In this document: positions 35,136 to 37,640 of the stretch, in pieces
Position numbering within the stretch: position 1 is the stretch's first letter
How the letters are laid out: each line of letters opens with the position of its first letter
UHGV virus genome: UHGV-1707198
Reading direction: 5' to 3' (one strand)
DNA: 37,640 nt
DNA from: a virus
The notes under the pieces: model-generated
Seen by the model: only the letters and a program-made list of their open reading frames with translations
Told to the model about the DNA's origin: nothing
Database searches by the model: none
Program-made: the position numbers and the translations under genes

Positions 35136-37244
35136 ATGTCTAAAAAACGTTCCATCAAAGAGGTTCAGGACTTCCGTGACAGTGTAAAACGAGTAGTCGC
35201 TCTCCTTTCAGGTAAAAACATCCCTGTTGCAGAACGAGGGGACGACGCTTATGTACGCTATAACGATGATGGAGAGCCAATTCTCGTAAACATCCCATCA
35301 ATCCCGGATAACGCAACACCGGCATTGATGAATGCTGTGCGCGGATTTCTCGATCATGAGGTTGCTCACATTTTGTTTACCGATATTCGTGTGTCCAACA
35401 AAATGAGAGAAAAAGGACGCGTTCCTTCCTGGTCGCTATGGAATGCCTTAGAAGACGTGTTCATCGAGCGAAAAATGGGTCAGGTCTTTAACGGAACAAG
35501 ACGTAATCTGATGGCAACTCAGCGCCTTATAATCGAAAAAGTCTTTAAACCAAAGGCTTCAGAGGCTATTGCTTATTGTGGCAAAGATCAGCGCGCGCTT
35601 TTTCTAAACTTCTTTCTCTGTCCGGTTGTAAGAGCCTGGGATGGCCAAGCACCGTTCGTAGATTTCATGGATGAATATTGGCCTGTCATTGAGAAACCAA
35701 TTTCATTATTAAAAGAACATGGTATCGATGTGGCCGTGCGTAACATGTCTTGCACCGAGGATTGTGTAAAGGTGGCTGCGACCATAGCTAAGATCCTCAA
35801 AGACACTGAAAGTGAAAGCAAAGGTAAGGAGTCAGCTCCGGGAAAAACTTCCGATCCTTCAGACGCTGACCAGACGGATGCCTCTGGAGAAAACAATGAA
35901 GACAACGAAGATCATGAGACACCCTCAGCGTTAGATAATCACAAATCTATCAAATCAGAATCACACAGTAAGCACAAACATGATAATAACGACAGTGATG
36001 ATTCAGATAATTCTGAATCATCAGAAACAATATTCGATGATACAGAAAATGATAAAGTGGTATCAGATTCTGGTGCTTCTGATAACGCGGCGTCAGAATC
36101 ATTTACCACTGACCACGAAAAAAGAAAATCGACAGAAGACGGCTCTTCAGACATTCCAACTCCGTCAAAAATGAGTCTGGAAGAGGCTTTAGAGGAGTTG
36201 GATAGCATGGAAGATGAAGTCGGAGGCATGACAGAAGATGCGCTATCCGAAACGATTAAAAGCGAGTTAACAGAAAGCTCGAAAAGCGAATACAGGCCAT
36301 ACAATCGCTCATACGACTTCATCGGCTCGATTGATCAGGCAGAAGCCCATATCAAACGGCTTATTAAAACATTCTCCGATATTGATTTAGGTGGATATCC
36401 AATCAGCCGTTATCGCATCGTTCCTGAAGGCAACCAACTCTTCGACAAATATATTGAAAAGCACCTTTCGTCAGGTGTTTCGTCGACGCTGGCAAAAGAC
36501 CTGGAACGTGCAATAGCAAGCAGAAACAGAGTTCAGTTTATACCTGGCCAGCGTCGGGGGCGCATTCATGGTTCAAGTATCTACAGATTAACAATGAATG
36601 ATGATCGCGTGTTTCGTAAAAAAGAAGAATCTAAAGCCGTTAACGCCTGTGTTCAACAAGTGATTGATTTATCGGGTTCAATGAGTGGCGAAACGATAAA
36701 ACTAGCTCTTGCAAGTGCATATACCATCGCCGATGCACTTGATCGAATAAATGTTCCCAACATTATCACCGGCTTCACTACATTTGGCAGTCATATGGCA
36801 GCAGGAGAACTTAAGGCTATCAAATATGAGTTCTCTCGCTTTGAATCTTTAATGCTACCTATCATCAAAAATTGGAATGAAAAAGCAAATTCTCGCGAAG
36901 TTCGCTCACGTATGGGGTGCGTAGGCTACACATTCCCACTTCTTAATAACGTGGATGGTGAAAGCATAGCCAGCCTTGCATCGTTATTTTCCGGTCGCTT
37001 GGAGGACAGGAAGATCATGCTTGTTCTGAGCGATGGCGCGCCGTGGGCTGTTGGGAGAGGTTTTGACGCTCATTTGCGTTCGGTTGCGAAGCAAATTGAA
37101 ACGCAGACTGACATTGATTTGATGGCAATTGGCATCATGACTGACGCACCGGAGAGATTTTACTCAAATCATGCCCTGGTAACGAGCGTTGATAGTCTTG
37201 GTTCATCTGTAGTTACTGAACTATCTCGTATCATTTTGAAGTGA
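35136..37244 (+). CDS. vWA-domain protein, CobT-like
   Basis: 702 aa; C-terminal region has a MIDAS-like DLSGSMSG motif (DxSxS) of von Willebrand factor A domains; long acidic Ser/Asp/Glu-rich low-complexity stretch at residues about 225-350; N-terminal HEVAH (HExxH). This architecture matches CobT-type proteins as I recall them. Confidence 0.5.
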   Translation: MSKKRSIKEVQDFRDSVKRVVALLSGKNIPVAERGDDAYVRYNDDGEPILVNIPSIPDNATPALMNAVRGFLDHEVAHILFTDIRVSNKMREKGRVPSWSLWNALEDVFIERKMGQVFNGTRRNLMATQRLIIEKVFKPKASEAIAYCGKDQRALFLNFFLCPVVRAWDGQAPFVDFMDEYWPVIEKPISLLKEHGIDVAVRNMSCTEDCVKVAATIAKILKDTESESKGKESAPGKTSDPSDADQTDASGENNEDNEDHETPSALDNHKSIKSESHSKHKHDNNDSDDSDNSESSETIFDDTENDKVVSDSGASDNAASESFTTDHEKRKSTEDGSSDIPTPSKMSLEEALEELDSMEDEVGGMTEDALSETIKSELTESSKSEYRPYNRSYDFIGSIDQAEAHIKRLIKTFSDIDLGGYPISRYRIVPEGNQLFDKYIEKHLSSGVSSTLAKDLERAIASRNRVQFIPGQRRGRIHGSSIYRLTMNDDRVFRKKEESKAVNACVQQVIDLSGSMSGETIKLALASAYTIADALDRINVPNIITGFTTFGSHMAAGELKAIKYEFSRFESLMLPIIKNWNEKANSREVRSRMGCVGYTFPLLNNVDGESIASLASLFSGRLEDRKIMLVLSDGAPWAVGRGFDAHLRSVAKQIETQTDIDLMAIGIMTDAPERFYSNHALVTSVDSLGSSVVTELSRIILK

Positions 37245-37260
37245 ATAAAACAGCCTTAAT

Positions 37261-37282
37261 GATAAGTAACCACTTACGATAG
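37261..37282 (+). promoter_or_regulatory. recurrent motif, copy upstream of gene 37340
   Basis: GATAAGTAACCACTTACGATAG. Confidence 0.4.
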
Positions 37283-37339
37283 TTAATGGTATATTTATAT
37301 AAGAAGTTGAACGCTCATTAGAGAACAAAGGAAAAACGC

Positions 37340-37555
37340 ATGACGACTACTGCACTGCAAAATGAAAAAAATCCTTCTGATTACCTTGTTTGCAAGTGGT
37401 GCGGCAAATCATTTCACTATTTTAAGTCCCATGTAGCCAATGGTAATTGCGAGGGCATTCCTGAGTCAGTAAAAGATGCCGATCCTGACACCGTACTGAA
37501 AATGTACACAACGCAGTTTCCAGATGAACCAACGCTATCGAAAAAGGCACTTTGA
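37340..37555 (+). CDS. hypothetical protein (possible small zinc-binding protein)
   Basis: 71 aa with CxxC ... H ... NC spacing (CKWCGKSFHYFKSHVANGNC). Confidence 0.3.
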   Translation: MTTTALQNEKNPSDYLVCKWCGKSFHYFKSHVANGNCEGIPESVKDADPDTVLKMYTTQFPDEPTLSKKAL

Positions 37556-37606
37556 ACCGCCCCGGAAATCCTGGAGACTAAACTCCCTGAGAAAGAGGTA
37601 AACAGG

Positions 37607-37640
37607 ATGACTAAAAATACTCGTTTTTCCCCCGAAGTCC
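37607..37640 (+). CDS. 5' end of a further gene (truncated by the window edge)
   Basis: ATG at 37607 preceded by GAGAAAGAGG ribosome-binding site; only 11 codons visible. Confidence 0.25.
   Translation, partial: MTKNTRFSPEV

Noticed and set aside
1-37640. CRISPR array, IS element or transposase
   Set aside because: No spacer-repeat periodicity and no transposase-like ORF or terminal inverted repeats were seen. The tandem repeats present are intragenic protein-coding repeats in the J-like and fibre genes.

Overview
The window reads as a contiguous segment of a large temperate siphovirus-type phage genome, probably a phage-plasmid, carried in an enterobacterial host. This is inferred from gene content and order only; no search was run. 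Almost all genes are on the + strand. From 5' to 3' it contains: (1) a lambda-like distal tail module: putative tape measure, then homologues of lambda M, L, K, I and a 1574-aa J-like host-specificity protein with about ten tandem 33-aa repeats, followed by a 1432-aa side tail fibre; (2) three small genes including a lipoprotein, then a lysis cassette with overlapping spanins; (3) a two-gene cassette of unknown function; (4) a ParA-type partition pair; (5) a very AT-rich KAP-type P-loop NTPase gene; (6) a replication module with DnaB-like helicase and DnaG-like primase; (7) a minus-strand secreted Sel1-repeat protein, a lipoprotein, two unknown genes and an ATP-dependent DNA ligase; (8) four translationally coupled small genes; (9) a roughly 1.6 kb non-coding island with a structured leader and four tRNA genes (Asn, Tyr, Thr, Ser); (10) an AT-rich minus-strand membrane protein, a glutaredoxin-like gene, a tyrosine integrase, a convergent HTH regulator and a CobT-like vWA protein. 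The most striking signal not explained by the genes is a recurrent 22-bp motif with dyad symmetry (GATAAGTA-N6-TACTTATC and variants) in at least ten intergenic regions. The best candidates for an undescribed accessory or defence function are the KAP NTPase gene, the AT-rich membrane protein at 31196..32458, the cassette at 16551..17728 and the small-gene cluster at 28757..29571. All functional calls come from motifs and gene order read by eye.
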